Position numbers and translations under genes: made by a program. Shown in pieces: positions 30,537-40,550 of a stretch of 64,000 nucleotides of DNA. The DNA is from Cyanophyceae cyanobacterium (GTDB taxonomy: Bacteria > Cyanobacteriota > Cyanobacteriia > Cyanobacteriales > Laspinemataceae). Where the stretch lies: NCBI GenBank assembly GCA_038321985.1, contig JBBQFN010000017.1:1-64000 (forward strand), given 5' to 3'. Within the stretch, counting starts at the first letter, position 1, and each line of letters starts with the position of its first letter. The notes under the pieces are model-generated. The model was not told the DNA's origin. It was given only the letters and a program-made list of their open reading frames with translations, and did not search any database.

Positions 30537-31535
30537 CTATTTAGGCGGGCGACGGTTTAATACTGTGCGAGCTTGGACTCGTCGCTCCAAACTGGGAAGA
30601 TAGGCTGCATTTCTGGAGTTGGCCTGTCCCGCTCTGGTGGCAGCGTTGCCTCGTAAAAACAGAATCGCATCTTGAGAAACCTCTGTACTGAAAGAGCGAG
30701 CGCAAGCATAAAAGCTATTGTTCAACTTATTTGTTGTAGTATTTGGAAGCGTTGCTACTGTATAATTATCTGGATCAGGACATTGTAGCTCATTCACCTC
30801 CAGATAATCTAATCCATCAACCAGTGGAGCTTTAAATTTCCCTAGATTATTATTCGCCCAATTAATATTGGTGGAGGGTACCCAGGACTCAAAGGTAGCG
30901 GGAGAACTTGGTGCTACTCCGGTAGGACTTGCTGCTACTGGGGGGCTTCTATATTCCGGGGTTTCAGTTAAGCGGGCAAAGTCACTATATTGTTTCATCT
31001 CATATCTGATGATTCGAGCTGCCCCTTCCTGCCAAATTCCACCGGGCTGATTTGTTTCAATCCCATAAATTATTAAATTGTAAGTTTGGAGATTGGTCAG
31101 AACTAATCGGCAATCTGAGCTAGGGTGCTGGTCACAGGGAGGATTACCCAAACCCTCCAGAAAATCATCTCGATCATCTCCTTCAAGGGGAGTAGCTTTC
31201 CAGAAGGCTATCACGGGCTGTACATTATTGCCTAAGTTTAGTCTAGGTAGTTTAGGACGTAAATTATCTTCGTTGTAAATGAAAACTGCTTGTTGAATTT
31301 CTGCGGAAATATAATCAAGGGCTTGATTCATTTCTTGCTGCACTTGGCTCTTGGCGGTTTCCTGCTTTTCGGTGCCGAGCAGATTGACCACTAATGCCAT
31401 CATGCCATAGGTGATCATGCCACCCACTAGGATTGCCATCAACAGTTCCGGCAACGTAAAGCCTGATTCTGGCTGAGGGTGATGCATCGGGGTGAAGTAT
31501 CGTTTTAGGGTTAATTTAATCTTATTTGTCACCAT
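30537..31535 (-). CDS. hpsC: Pseudopilin, HpsC-like (PilW-like)
   Basis: G^FTLPELL, ALDYISAEIQQAVFIY and LFLRGNA motifs; position in the cluster. Confidence 0.75.
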   Translation of the reverse strand: MVTNKIKLTLKRYFTPMHHPQPESGFTLPELLMAILVGGMITYGMMALVVNLLGTEKQETAKSQVQQEMNQALDYISAEIQQAVFIYNEDNLRPKLPRLNLGNNVQPVIAFWKATPLEGDDRDDFLEGLGNPPCDQHPSSDCRLVLTNLQTYNLIIYGIETNQPGGIWQEGAARIIRYEMKQYSDFARLTETPEYRSPPVAASPTGVAPSSPATFESWVPSTNINWANNNLGKFKAPLVDGLDYLEVNELQCPDPDNYTVATLPNTTTNKLNNSFYACARSFSTEVSQDAILFLRGNAATRAGQANSRNAAYLPSLERRVQARTVLNRRPPK

Positions 31536-31687
31536 TGCTTTTTTCCATAGAACCTGTGGAGTGGAAATGGGAAAAGCTCTACTAATTGAGGGTAGATTTT
31601 TCCCATTCTACTGTTTATGACGAATTAACATTGAGGTCGGGATGTGGACGGACTCAGGAAAGACGCTTGTGACCACAAGGGAATTGA

Positions 31688-32323
31688 TTATTGTGCCAAA
31701 AGATTTCTGTATCTGACATCTGCATCTGGCAGGTCACTGACTATAAGGGGTGCATATTGCACAGCTAGGGGTGCAGAACCCATATTATTTCTCGCTGAGA
31801 ATGCTAAAGATGCAGGGTCTGTAGTCAGAGTGCCGCCACCAGAGAAAGCACCGGCTGTATAAACTCGAACCCCCACCCACAAGGCTACAGGTCTATCTTT
31901 TTCTAACTGCCGGTTGGTGATAAAGGTTTGAATGCCAAACGTTGAATCTGCCTCTAGACAGGCGGTTTGGACTGCCGTCGGTGGGGAGTTGCTTGTACAG
32001 TTGCTCTCTGTTGCCGTTGGGGCCGCAACTCCTTGGGGGCGATTGCCAGTAGCTAGTGGGGGCAGTTGCTGTTCTAATTCAGCGAGCTTTGTTGCATCCT
32101 GTTCTGCCGCGATAGCTTCGAGTAAAACCCGCACTCGGTCCACTTCCCCCTGGGCTAGTTGCATGGCCTTCTCCGCGTTGTGAGCGCGGACTCGGGCGGC
32201 CATCGACAACATAATCGGGGGGGTAACGGCGACGATCGCCATACTAAATATGACTATTGCCGCGAGGCACTCAATCAGGGTTAAGCCAGATTCGGTTGAT
32301 TTAAACTGCGATCGTCGTTGCAT
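31688..32323 (-). CDS. hpsB: Pseudopilin, HpsB-like (PilV-like)
   Basis: G^LTLIECL, AMQLAQGEVDRVR and GVRVY motifs; directly after hpsA. Confidence 0.75.
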   Translation of the reverse strand: MQRRSQFKSTESGLTLIECLAAIVIFSMAIVAVTPPIMLSMAARVRAHNAEKAMQLAQGEVDRVRVLLEAIAAEQDATKLAELEQQLPPLATGNRPQGVAAPTATESNCTSNSPPTAVQTACLEADSTFGIQTFITNRQLEKDRPVALWVGVRVYTAGAFSGGGTLTTDPASLAFSARNNMGSAPLAVQYAPLIVSDLPDADVRYRNLLAQ

Positions 32324-32335
32324 CGGAACCTCCGT

Positions 32336-35300
32336 CTAATTGCAAGGGAACTTAACGGTCTCGCGTAACAGACAGATGTAATCATCATCCGCTGGGGGCT
32401 CACGATAGAACTCATTGCGTTCATCACTGAGTTCTTGCATCTTGCTAGATGCAGCACCGGGAGGCATATATTGGAGTCCCACGTCATAACCCCATCGTCG
32501 ATTCGGAGCCAAATAATAGAAGATATTTTCTTTTCCTCCACTGGTTGTCCCGAAACTGGTGGTTTTTCCAGCTACGGGTGTGGCACTTGGTTCCCAGGCA
32601 TCATGTTCATAAGGTCCGGTCGCGTAGTTACTGAAGTTAAGCTGGATAAACGAACCGAGGATATGCAGATTCATATTTTGCCAATCTTCAAGCATCCGAG
32701 GGAAGTTATGCAACCCGCCATTACTTTGATTTTGGCGACTTGGGACCACCCCGTTAACCAGGACTGCATTCACCCAAGTGTCTGCGGGAGCTTTATTCAG
32801 CGGTTTGCCACTCCAAGGGAAGTTATCAAATCGGTAGTAATTTCCGTTATATGGAGCAGCAGCAGAAGGCGTACCGGCATTTATCATAATTTGGCCATTG
32901 CGGGAGATGGCAATCGGGGAGGTTGAGCGGGCACCTGGCGCCGGATTTTCTGCTAGATTCTCCCGCCTCCACGTCTGTGCCGTCGTACCACTGTTCGGAC
33001 GATTTTGGTTGAGGTAGGAAGTGAACGGCACCCCACAACCATAATTATTACCAGTTTGAAGAATAGTTGTTGTGGGCGTGGACATCACCTGATGGGAAAA
33101 AATGATGCCGTCTTCAATGCTACCATCACAGAAGTTCTCTGAGAGGATAGTAATCGCATCCCCGATGATTTCTGTGGGTCGCCAGCGGTCGGAAGCCGAC
33201 CGGGAAAATATTGGATTGAGGTTAGTACGACCGTAAAAGTTGCTAAAGACGTCTGGAGTCAGGGGTGGAGTGAATTCCTGAATGCTGTTTTGGTCGCCAT
33301 GCAGGTTGAAATTCCCCTGGATATAAATCGGCTGATCAGAAACAATGGTGAGGCCTCGGTTAGTTCCATCATGACGGATATCTGAACCATTCTTTAACCG
33401 GAAACCATAAGGGCGACGGTCTGGATCTGCGTAGTAATCAACGGGTTTGAGGCTGATGCCTTTGTCTGTTAATTTAGGGTCGGTGGGTGAAGTTCCGACT
33501 GCATTCATGGCAGTGGGCAACCCAGTTAGGGCATTGGGATTGTATGCTGCTTGAGGTCGGGCGATCGCATCTTCTCTGATTGCATCTTCTCGGAAAGAAT
33601 AGACAATCCCACTGTTGGAGAGCCAGCTTTCTCCCCCAATATTGTTATTCCGCAGCATATCCAGATCCAGGTTCAAGGTCCGAACATTCATGTGTTCCCG
33701 GCCATTGTACAAAGCAGAATCTTTAATGGCTACCTGGATATTCGTGGCGGTGCCGTTCGCTGCGATCGAGCGGACTAACTCGATGCGATTATCGTTTGGA
33801 ACAGCAGTGGTATTAATGCCACTGGGATTATTGTTCTTGGGTAAAACCCAATTCGCAACAAGTTTGGGCCGGATCGCCATGTTCGCGATGTCATTTTCAG
33901 TTAGGGCTGTATAATTCCTGGCCTGATTCTGAACAATGTAGGGCTCTGCTGCCGGTTGTTGATAATCTCCATCTCCATCAAGGTCATGGTTATCCTTTGG
34001 AAATAGATAGTAGAGAGAGGGAAACTTGGGTTGAGGAGAACAGAACAGCCGGGATAAACGGATAAAGCGTTCTTCTGCCGCTCGTTTCGCCGCTGCTGTT
34101 GCTTCGTTAGAAGGTGCCCCAAAGCCAAAGAAGTTATTTCCAATATTAGCTGTATTACTAAAGTCACAGCCAATATTAATGGCAGTTCCGTTCTGATACG
34201 TTATACCACCATAAGAAAATCCTGCCCCTGCAAGCACTGTAGGTGTATATTGTGTTCTGTTGGCTGTTGCTAGGGTCGATGTAAACCCATAGGTGCGATC
34301 GCGTTCCACCTGCTCTTTGGTGTGCAGCAGACGAGCGAGTAACTGCTGTTGATTCGTGGCAGTTGGAGCAGGAAGCAGGGAAATATAGAGGTGAGGCGGC
34401 AGAACCGTACTGGCTGGCTCTGTTGCGACTAGAGCACCACTGCGGTTATAAATTTCGATATTAGTGCCAACAACCTTAATCTCTCCATCAGCATTGTCGT
34501 TGTTATAGAGTTTTTGCAACTCCGTGTCCAGAGCTACTAACTGGGGACGGTTGACTGCCGTATTCGCATAATCGTAGCTTTGCAGATAGTTGAGGTTATA
34601 GGCCAACATACCCAGGGTCGCCGCCGCTGTTTGCTGGATTGTATTGTCGGCTAAACTGCCGTTGTTACGAAGTAGAGAGGAGAAGTTTCCCCACATGGTC
34701 AAGAAAGGATAGGGATGTACCTTTCCATCTTGTTTGGGGGGAAAAGCACCGTCACTGTCTCCGGCAAAGTTAGCCAAGTTATTAAGGGCATTCTGATTCG
34801 GAGCAGTAGGTACTTCAAATTCCCATCCATTCGTTCCCCGACCATTGAAGAAGTCCGTAACAATCACATCCGCAGGCAGACTGCTAAATGCAGTCCCAGC
34901 TTTTTTGGCAAAGCTGATGGTTTCAAAGGTGGCACTGTTTTTGAGGGTCTCTACTGTCCCCGGATGTACTGTAGTCGCGACAATTGCAGCCGGGGTCTTG
35001 CCATCTCCCTGGCCCTTGTGATAAACCGCAGTGGCTTGTACCGCAGCTAAATTATCCCGCAACGTGCGCTGTTGTCGAAATTCATTAGCTCCTTTGGAAC
35101 CCGTAGTAAAACCCGTTGCCTCCTGGGGATACAGGGGATCTGCAACACCACCCCAACCAAAGGCATTCCCTAATTCCAGGCGTTCTCCCATAATCACCCG
35201 CAGACCTTGCCCTCTAGCCCGACGTTCCCAATACCCATCTAAACCGTAATCATTGGGCTTGAGCACAGACGGGGGTTCATCCCGAGTGAGTTCAGGGTCA

Positions 35301-36799
35301 GCGAGTGCAGAACCCATATTTTGCGTAGGTTCTACCGAATAGGTTTCCCGACCATTTGGATTGTCTATAATCTCCGGTGGTTCATATCCGGGTTTCGGTC
35401 CATACAGGTTATCCGCACGATAGGTATCATCTACATAAGGCGGAGGAGTAACTTTACCAATATTGACCCTAGTTTTCAGAAGATTATTGTCGCCGCTCCA
35501 AGCTGCATCTTCAGCATCATCTAAATTGATGTTTGCCTTCCGAGGTACTGAGGTGTTGTTAGTGAGGATTTTACTCGGGTCGAGGGCAATTTCTAGGAAA
35601 TTAGCACTCATATTAGTCGAGTCAGTCGTGGCATCAACGGGTTTGGGAGTGGGAGAATCGGCGTAAATATCCAAGTTAAAGTATGGTGGGTTGGATGTCA
35701 CATTCCCGGCGATCCCGCCATAGACCAGATGCCCCCAGGTACTCACTTCCGAGTTGCTTTCCGGTTTATAAAAACAAGAGTTTTTACTACTGAGTAAGTA
35801 AAGCCGGAACTCCTTCTCCGGTTTAATAAATAAATTTCCTTCGCTATGAACGGCTCCATTCCAGTTAAAATTAAAGCCTGGGGTCAGTTCTAAGTCACTC
35901 CGGAACCAAGCTCCCCATTTATTCAATCCCTCAAATGTCCGGTCCTGTTGATATTGAACCGTGGCAATTGAACGATTAGCGCTAGACTCACCATTCGCCA
36001 CGGAGTTAGGAACGCTCAGAGCATAAACTTGAAAGTTTTTTCTAAATTGCGCCGTACCTAGAGGAAACCAGCCAAATGCACCAGCACTTCCGTCATCCGG
36101 CTGCTCAATTCGACAAGCCTCGGCGTTAGACCCATTGCCGAGCTTCTCAAGAAGAGGACCATTGCGAACGAGGAGTCGCTCCGCTTTCTTTTGATCGCTG
36201 GTGATTAAAGTCCCCCCTAATTCTGGGTCCATTGTTTCTAGGGGATTCTCTTCGGTCCCTGTGGAGGTTCTTAGAACAATGGTATAAACAGTTGTTGTAT
36301 CATCTTTTTTATCGTCTTTTCCATCCGTATCGCTCTCATATCTCCATGCGATATTTCGCTTGGCATTTCCTGTATTCCCAGGAAGTGTTATCCGGGTTTC
36401 GTCGGGAAAGGTATAAGCATCGTCAAGCAGATCCTCTTCGAGGATCAGTTCTCCAACATCCGTCACATTTCGGTCTTTAAATAATAGCTCTAACTTAGCT
36501 TTAGCTCGGTCGATCGCAGGCGCTGCACTATTTTCTACTTCCTGCCGTTGAAATTGAGTAATAGCATCAGTTGATCGCTGATAAGACCGGAAGATTAAAG
36601 TGCTGACTACCAACGTCATCACGATGATGAGTAGCATAGTCGTTGGCAACACAAAACCCCCCTGCAATCGACGGCGTGAAGTGACGAAGGCAGTGCGGAG
36701 AAAACGATAAGTATCTCGACTCGTCAGTTTCTGAGCAAATCGAATGATTGCTTGCACGAGGTGCGTTAACGCTTTTTGGATTTTGTGCTTTCTAGCCAT
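32336..36799 (-). CDS. hpsA: Large PilX-like protein HpsA (hormogonium polysaccharide / motility)
   Basis: 1487 aa. G^FVLPT prepilin lacking Glu5; AIDRAKAKL, NKWGAWFR, GLDGYWERRA, GGLHNFPRMLEDW and RRWGYDVGL motifs. Confidence 0.85.
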   Translation of the reverse strand: MARKHKIQKALTHLVQAIIRFAQKLTSRDTYRFLRTAFVTSRRRLQGGFVLPTTMLLIIVMTLVVSTLIFRSYQRSTDAITQFQRQEVENSAAPAIDRAKAKLELLFKDRNVTDVGELILEEDLLDDAYTFPDETRITLPGNTGNAKRNIAWRYESDTDGKDDKKDDTTTVYTIVLRTSTGTEENPLETMDPELGGTLITSDQKKAERLLVRNGPLLEKLGNGSNAEACRIEQPDDGSAGAFGWFPLGTAQFRKNFQVYALSVPNSVANGESSANRSIATVQYQQDRTFEGLNKWGAWFRSDLELTPGFNFNWNGAVHSEGNLFIKPEKEFRLYLLSSKNSCFYKPESNSEVSTWGHLVYGGIAGNVTSNPPYFNLDIYADSPTPKPVDATTDSTNMSANFLEIALDPSKILTNNTSVPRKANINLDDAEDAAWSGDNNLLKTRVNIGKVTPPPYVDDTYRADNLYGPKPGYEPPEIIDNPNGRETYSVEPTQNMGSALADPELTRDEPPSVLKPNDYGLDGYWERRARGQGLRVIMGERLELGNAFGWGGVADPLYPQEATGFTTGSKGANEFRQQRTLRDNLAAVQATAVYHKGQGDGKTPAAIVATTVHPGTVETLKNSATFETISFAKKAGTAFSSLPADVIVTDFFNGRGTNGWEFEVPTAPNQNALNNLANFAGDSDGAFPPKQDGKVHPYPFLTMWGNFSSLLRNNGSLADNTIQQTAAATLGMLAYNLNYLQSYDYANTAVNRPQLVALDTELQKLYNNDNADGEIKVVGTNIEIYNRSGALVATEPASTVLPPHLYISLLPAPTATNQQQLLARLLHTKEQVERDRTYGFTSTLATANRTQYTPTVLAGAGFSYGGITYQNGTAINIGCDFSNTANIGNNFFGFGAPSNEATAAAKRAAEERFIRLSRLFCSPQPKFPSLYYLFPKDNHDLDGDGDYQQPAAEPYIVQNQARNYTALTENDIANMAIRPKLVANWVLPKNNNPSGINTTAVPNDNRIELVRSIAANGTATNIQVAIKDSALYNGREHMNVRTLNLDLDMLRNNNIGGESWLSNSGIVYSFREDAIREDAIARPQAAYNPNALTGLPTAMNAVGTSPTDPKLTDKGISLKPVDYYADPDRRPYGFRLKNGSDIRHDGTNRGLTIVSDQPIYIQGNFNLHGDQNSIQEFTPPLTPDVFSNFYGRTNLNPIFSRSASDRWRPTEIIGDAITILSENFCDGSIEDGIIFSHQVMSTPTTTILQTGNNYGCGVPFTSYLNQNRPNSGTTAQTWRRENLAENPAPGARSTSPIAISRNGQIMINAGTPSAAAPYNGNYYRFDNFPWSGKPLNKAPADTWVNAVLVNGVVPSRQNQSNGGLHNFPRMLEDWQNMNLHILGSFIQLNFSNYATGPYEHDAWEPSATPVAGKTTSFGTTSGGKENIFYYLAPNRRWGYDVGLQYMPPGAASSKMQELSDERNEFYREPPADDDYICLLRETVKFPCN

Positions 36800-37028
36800 A
36801 GCTACTCCGTGAGTGCAGGTGCCATTAATAAAAAATAGAGAGTCTTTTTTCTGTGGTAGCTTAAAAATCCCGGAATTGACTATCCGTATATTTCCGGAGA
36901 TAATTGTTAAACTATTGTATTATCTAGTTTTTAGGTTACCCAGTTAGATAGAAAAATCAATCATCCCTGGGTTAGAAAGTTAGTTAATAGGGACTCAGTA
37001 AAAGGGCGTTCAAATTCCCCATAGAAAT

Positions 37029-37055
37029 AAGGGGCGCGGCATTGCCGCGCCCCTT
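37029..37055. terminator. Hairpin after rpmB (REP-variant sequence)
   Basis: AAGGGGCGCGGC-ATT-GCCGCGCCCCTT perfect inverted repeat. Confidence 0.65.
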
Positions 37056-37084
37056 CATAGTCAGGGTTCCCTGGGGTTGGGGTC

Positions 37085-37321
37085 CTAATATTTGGACAGA
37101 TTGATTCCCGCTTCTTTGGCGTATGCTTGCAACCCCTTATGATTAAGGGTTTTGATGGCAGTGGTGGAGAGGCGCAGTCTCACCCAGCGGTTTCCTTGGG
37201 GCCACCAGACCCGTTTCCATTGCAGGTTGGCTTCTTGCAGCTTATGGGTGCGGCGGTGGGAGTGGGAAACGGCCATTGCGTTATTCGCTTTTTTGCCGGT
37301 GAGTTGACATTTGCGGGACAT
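37085..37321 (-). CDS. rpmB: 50S ribosomal protein L28
   Basis: [25 protein letters not shown]...NLQWKR. Confidence 0.98.
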   Translation of the reverse strand: MSRKCQLTGKKANNAMAVSHSHRRTHKLQEANLQWKRVWWPQGNRWVRLRLSTTAIKTLNHKGLQAYAKEAGINLSKY

Positions 37322-37626
37322 GGTTTCTCCTTCGATAGTTGGGCTATGTTGAAACGCAGTCTCTTATTGTACCGAGTTTTGGAGAAGGATGAAGGATGGA
37401 ATCGTTCTCAATGGTTTCTTAGTCTTGGGTAGGAGTTGAGAAACCCGGACAAGGGTAGCTTTTTTACGCCGTAAATTTTTCAAGTTTTGGGGTTTTCATA
37501 GCCCTCCCCTTGGTAAGGGGAGGGTTGGGTGGGGTCTAACCATTTTTGTGTTCTCATAGCCTAGCGCTGTCAAGGTGCAACCCCAGGAGTTTTCGTACTT
37601 TCAGAGCGGCGGCCAACATTTGAACC

Positions 37627-37784
37627 CTAGCCTGTCAAGGTGATAAATTTGATGACAAAAAATCGTTATTTCACGTAGGGGCGCAATGCTTGCGCCCTGT
37701 CTTGCGCTATCGGTAAAGAGTAAAGAGAGTAAAGAGAGAGGGCGCAAGCATTGCGCCCCTACAAATACACCTTGACAGGGCTAG
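37627..37784. mobile_element. MITE-like element, copy 1
   Basis: CTAG|CCTGTCAAGGTG ... CACCTTGACAGGG|CTAG, with an internal inverted REP pair at 37675-37698 and 37739-37762. Confidence 0.7.
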
Positions 37785-37939
37785 GGTTTAAATCCCAATA
37801 GGGTAAAGGATTAAACCTCTTTTCATCCGGGGTTCAGTGAACCCCACCCTAACCCTCCCCTTACTAAGGGGAGGGAACTGGAGGTGAACTGAATCCGCAG
37901 TCAATCATCCTCAGGAGAGAGAGCGCAAGCATTTGAACC

Positions 37940-38087
37940 CTAGCCCTGTCAAGGTGATAAATTTGATTATAAAAAATTGTTATTTCATGTAGGGGCGCAA
38001 TGCTTGCGCCCTGTCTTGCGCTATCGGTAAAGAGTAAAGAGAGGGCCTGCGCATTGCGCCCCTACAAATACACCTTGACCCGGCTAG
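37940..38087. mobile_element. MITE-like element, copy 2
   Basis: CTAG|CCCTGTCAAGGTG ... CACCTTGACCCGG|CTAG; part of an approximately 300-bp tandem duplication (37618-37912 and 37931-38218). Confidence 0.7.
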
Positions 38088-38304
38088 GGTTTAAATCCCA
38101 ATGGGGTCAAGGATTAAACCTCTTTTCATCCGGGGTTCAGTGAACCCCACCCTAACCCTCCCCAAGAATCAGGGGAGGGAACCGGAGGTGAACTGAATCA
38201 GCAGGTCAATCATCATCCCCAGTTTCTGATTCTGGGGCATTGGGACCAGTCGGTTTTAACCGACTTTAGTTAGGCCGCCAACGTTCAAATCTCCGCCGGT
38301 TGTT

Positions 38305-40281
38305 TTAGGACGGTTGTTCAGTTAGACGGGTGAGTAGACGATTGGAACGGTCCACGAAGGAGGTCATACCTTCGGCGTCAAACCCTTTTTGCGCCATCAG
38401 TGCTAAGTCGTAGACATGGTGACAAATCATGTCGGCGAGTTCTGCCGAAGGGGATTTTCCTTCGCCTTGGAGGATGCCGCTTTGGGAGAGTTGGGTCAGG
38501 TGTTGGATCAAGGGATGCGCGGTATTAACGAGCAGGATATGTTCGTCTGGGAATTTCGCAGATTCCTGAGAGACTAAGGCGTTCATATCCCGGAGGCGGC
38601 GCAGGAACTCCGGTAGCAGGACCATTGCGGGTGGGGTGCCTTGGGGGTCCTCGGATTTTAGGGCCTCGGTGCGGATGGTGAGTTTGGGTTTGTTCAGCGC
38701 TTGCTCAAAGATTTCTTTGATTTGTTCGCTACGGGTTTTGTTGGTACTGGGATCGACGATTTCTGAGGCTTTGTCTTGTTCGATGAGTTTGTCGTCTATC
38801 TCCGCATCAACGCGGGAGAATTTGACTTCGCTATGTTCCCGTTCCAAGAAGCTAATGAAGTGGGGGTCAATGAAGGAGTCCATAAACAGAACTTCTAACC
38901 CCTGACTTTTGTGCAGCTGCACGTAGGTGGCTTGCGCTACGGAGTCAGTGCAGTAAAATGCCTGATTCTCGTGGCGGGGTTTGTTGCGTTCTAAATACTC
39001 GTCTAGGGTGGTGTAAGAGGGTCCCTCGGTTTTACTGTCCGATGAAACTTGTTTCCAGGCGTCTCCTTCTTCGGCTTGCACTTCCACAGCAGGTTGGTCG
39101 GATTCTGCCGGTTTCAAGTCGGCAGTGGTGCGATAGATAATAATATCTTCCAGTTGCTTTTTGAATTTATCGTCGTTGAGACAGCCGAATTTGACGAAGG
39201 TGCCGATATCTTGCCAGCTTCGGATATATTCTTGGCGGTTTTTGTTGTACTGTTCTTTGAGTCGGTCCGCAACTTTTTTGGCGATGAAGTCTGCGATCTT
39301 GCGGACGGTTCGGTCCATCTGCAAGGCGCTACGGGAGACGTTGAGGGGAATGTCGGGACTGTCGAGGACTCCGCGCATGGGGAGGAGGAATTTCGGGATG
39401 ATTTCTTCGCAGTGGTCCGAGACGAAGACTTGATTACAGAACAGTTTGATTTGTCCTTTGGTGACATCGACATCGGGACGGAGTTTAGGGAAGTAGAGGA
39501 TGCCTTTGACGAGGAAAGGATAGTCGGTGTTCAGGTGGACCCACAACAGGGGTTCTTCTTGGAAGGGGTAGAGGTAGCGGTAGAAGTCGAGGTAATCTTC
39601 GTCGGTGAGGCTGCTGGGAGATTCGCGCCACAGGGCTTTTTGCCGGTTGACTTGTTCGCCATCCATTTTGATGGGAACCGGCATAAAGTCGCAGTAGGTT
39701 TTGACGAGTTGCTTGATGCGGGAGGCTTCGGCGTATTCTTTTTCTTCGTCTTGCAGGGTCAGGGTGATGGTGGTGCCGTAAGTGGTCCGGCTGGAGTCTT
39801 CAAGTTTAAATGAGGGGGACCCGTCACAACTCCAATGGACGGCTTCGGCCCCTTCTTTGTAGGATAGGGTGTCGATTTCGACGATTTTGGCGACCATGAA
39901 GGCGGAGTAAAAGCCGAGTCCGAAGTGGCCGATAATTTGGCGATCGCTAGCGGCTTGATATTTGGTAATGAATTCTTCGGCGCTAGAAAAGGCGACTTGA
40001 TTGATATACTGTTTCACTTCCTCGGCTGTCATGCCGATGCCAGTGTCGGTGATGGAGAGGGTGTTTTTCTCGGGATCGACGGCGATGGTAATTTCCGGGT
40101 TGCTGGTGTCCCCGCTAAATTCTCCGGCGTAGGAGACCATTTTGAGTTTTTCTATGGCATCGACGGCGTTGGAGACAAGTTCCCGCAAGAAGATTTCATG
40201 GTCGGAGTATAGAGACTTCTTGATAATGGGAAAGATATTCTCGGTATGGATCGTGATTTGGCCTTGTTCCAGTACGGTCAT
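38305..40281 (-). CDS. htpG: Molecular chaperone HtpG (Hsp90)
   Basis: EIFLRELVSNAVDA, DTGIGMT, IGHFGLGFYS and PLNVSRS motifs. Confidence 0.98.
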   Translation of the reverse strand: MTVLEQGQITIHTENIFPIIKKSLYSDHEIFLRELVSNAVDAIEKLKMVSYAGEFSGDTSNPEITIAVDPEKNTLSITDTGIGMTAEEVKQYINQVAFSSAEEFITKYQAASDRQIIGHFGLGFYSAFMVAKIVEIDTLSYKEGAEAVHWSCDGSPSFKLEDSSRTTYGTTITLTLQDEEKEYAEASRIKQLVKTYCDFMPVPIKMDGEQVNRQKALWRESPSSLTDEDYLDFYRYLYPFQEEPLLWVHLNTDYPFLVKGILYFPKLRPDVDVTKGQIKLFCNQVFVSDHCEEIIPKFLLPMRGVLDSPDIPLNVSRSALQMDRTVRKIADFIAKKVADRLKEQYNKNRQEYIRSWQDIGTFVKFGCLNDDKFKKQLEDIIIYRTTADLKPAESDQPAVEVQAEEGDAWKQVSSDSKTEGPSYTTLDEYLERNKPRHENQAFYCTDSVAQATYVQLHKSQGLEVLFMDSFIDPHFISFLEREHSEVKFSRVDAEIDDKLIEQDKASEIVDPSTNKTRSEQIKEIFEQALNKPKLTIRTEALKSEDPQGTPPAMVLLPEFLRRLRDMNALVSQESAKFPDEHILLVNTAHPLIQHLTQLSQSGILQGEGKSPSAELADMICHHVYDLALMAQKGFDAEGMTSFVDRSNRLLTRLTEQPS

Positions 40282-40550
40282 AGTTTTCTCAGTTTAAGGG
40301 TAAATTCTATTTCAGTCTTGATTGTGGGCGATCGCGCGGTCCTTGCCGATCAGGGGAACCCCCCGATCAGGATTCGGATCTCCCTACTTTTGGAGTTGAA
40401 GCTGGGTTCAGGGTTGGGTCACGGTATGGAGTGAACCTCAATCATTTTGAGAATGGATCCCAGCCAGAAAGTCTGCTAGGGTAGTGCGAGCATCTTGCTC
40501 GCTATCTTTATAGCAAACTGATTTAGACACGCTATAGAAGGCGGCTGCTT

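Noticed and set aside
37618..38218. Repeat cluster as a CRISPR array or intact IS
   Set aside because: The intervening sequences are themselves duplicated, and no transposase ORF is present.
39049..39813. 254-aa plus-strand ORF, and similar ORFs opposite groEL, glgB and hpsA
   Set aside because: Antisense shadows of codon-biased genes, with no protein motifs.
40340..40380. K-box upstream of htpG
   Set aside because: Only a short CCGATCAGG direct repeat; it does not fit the consensus.
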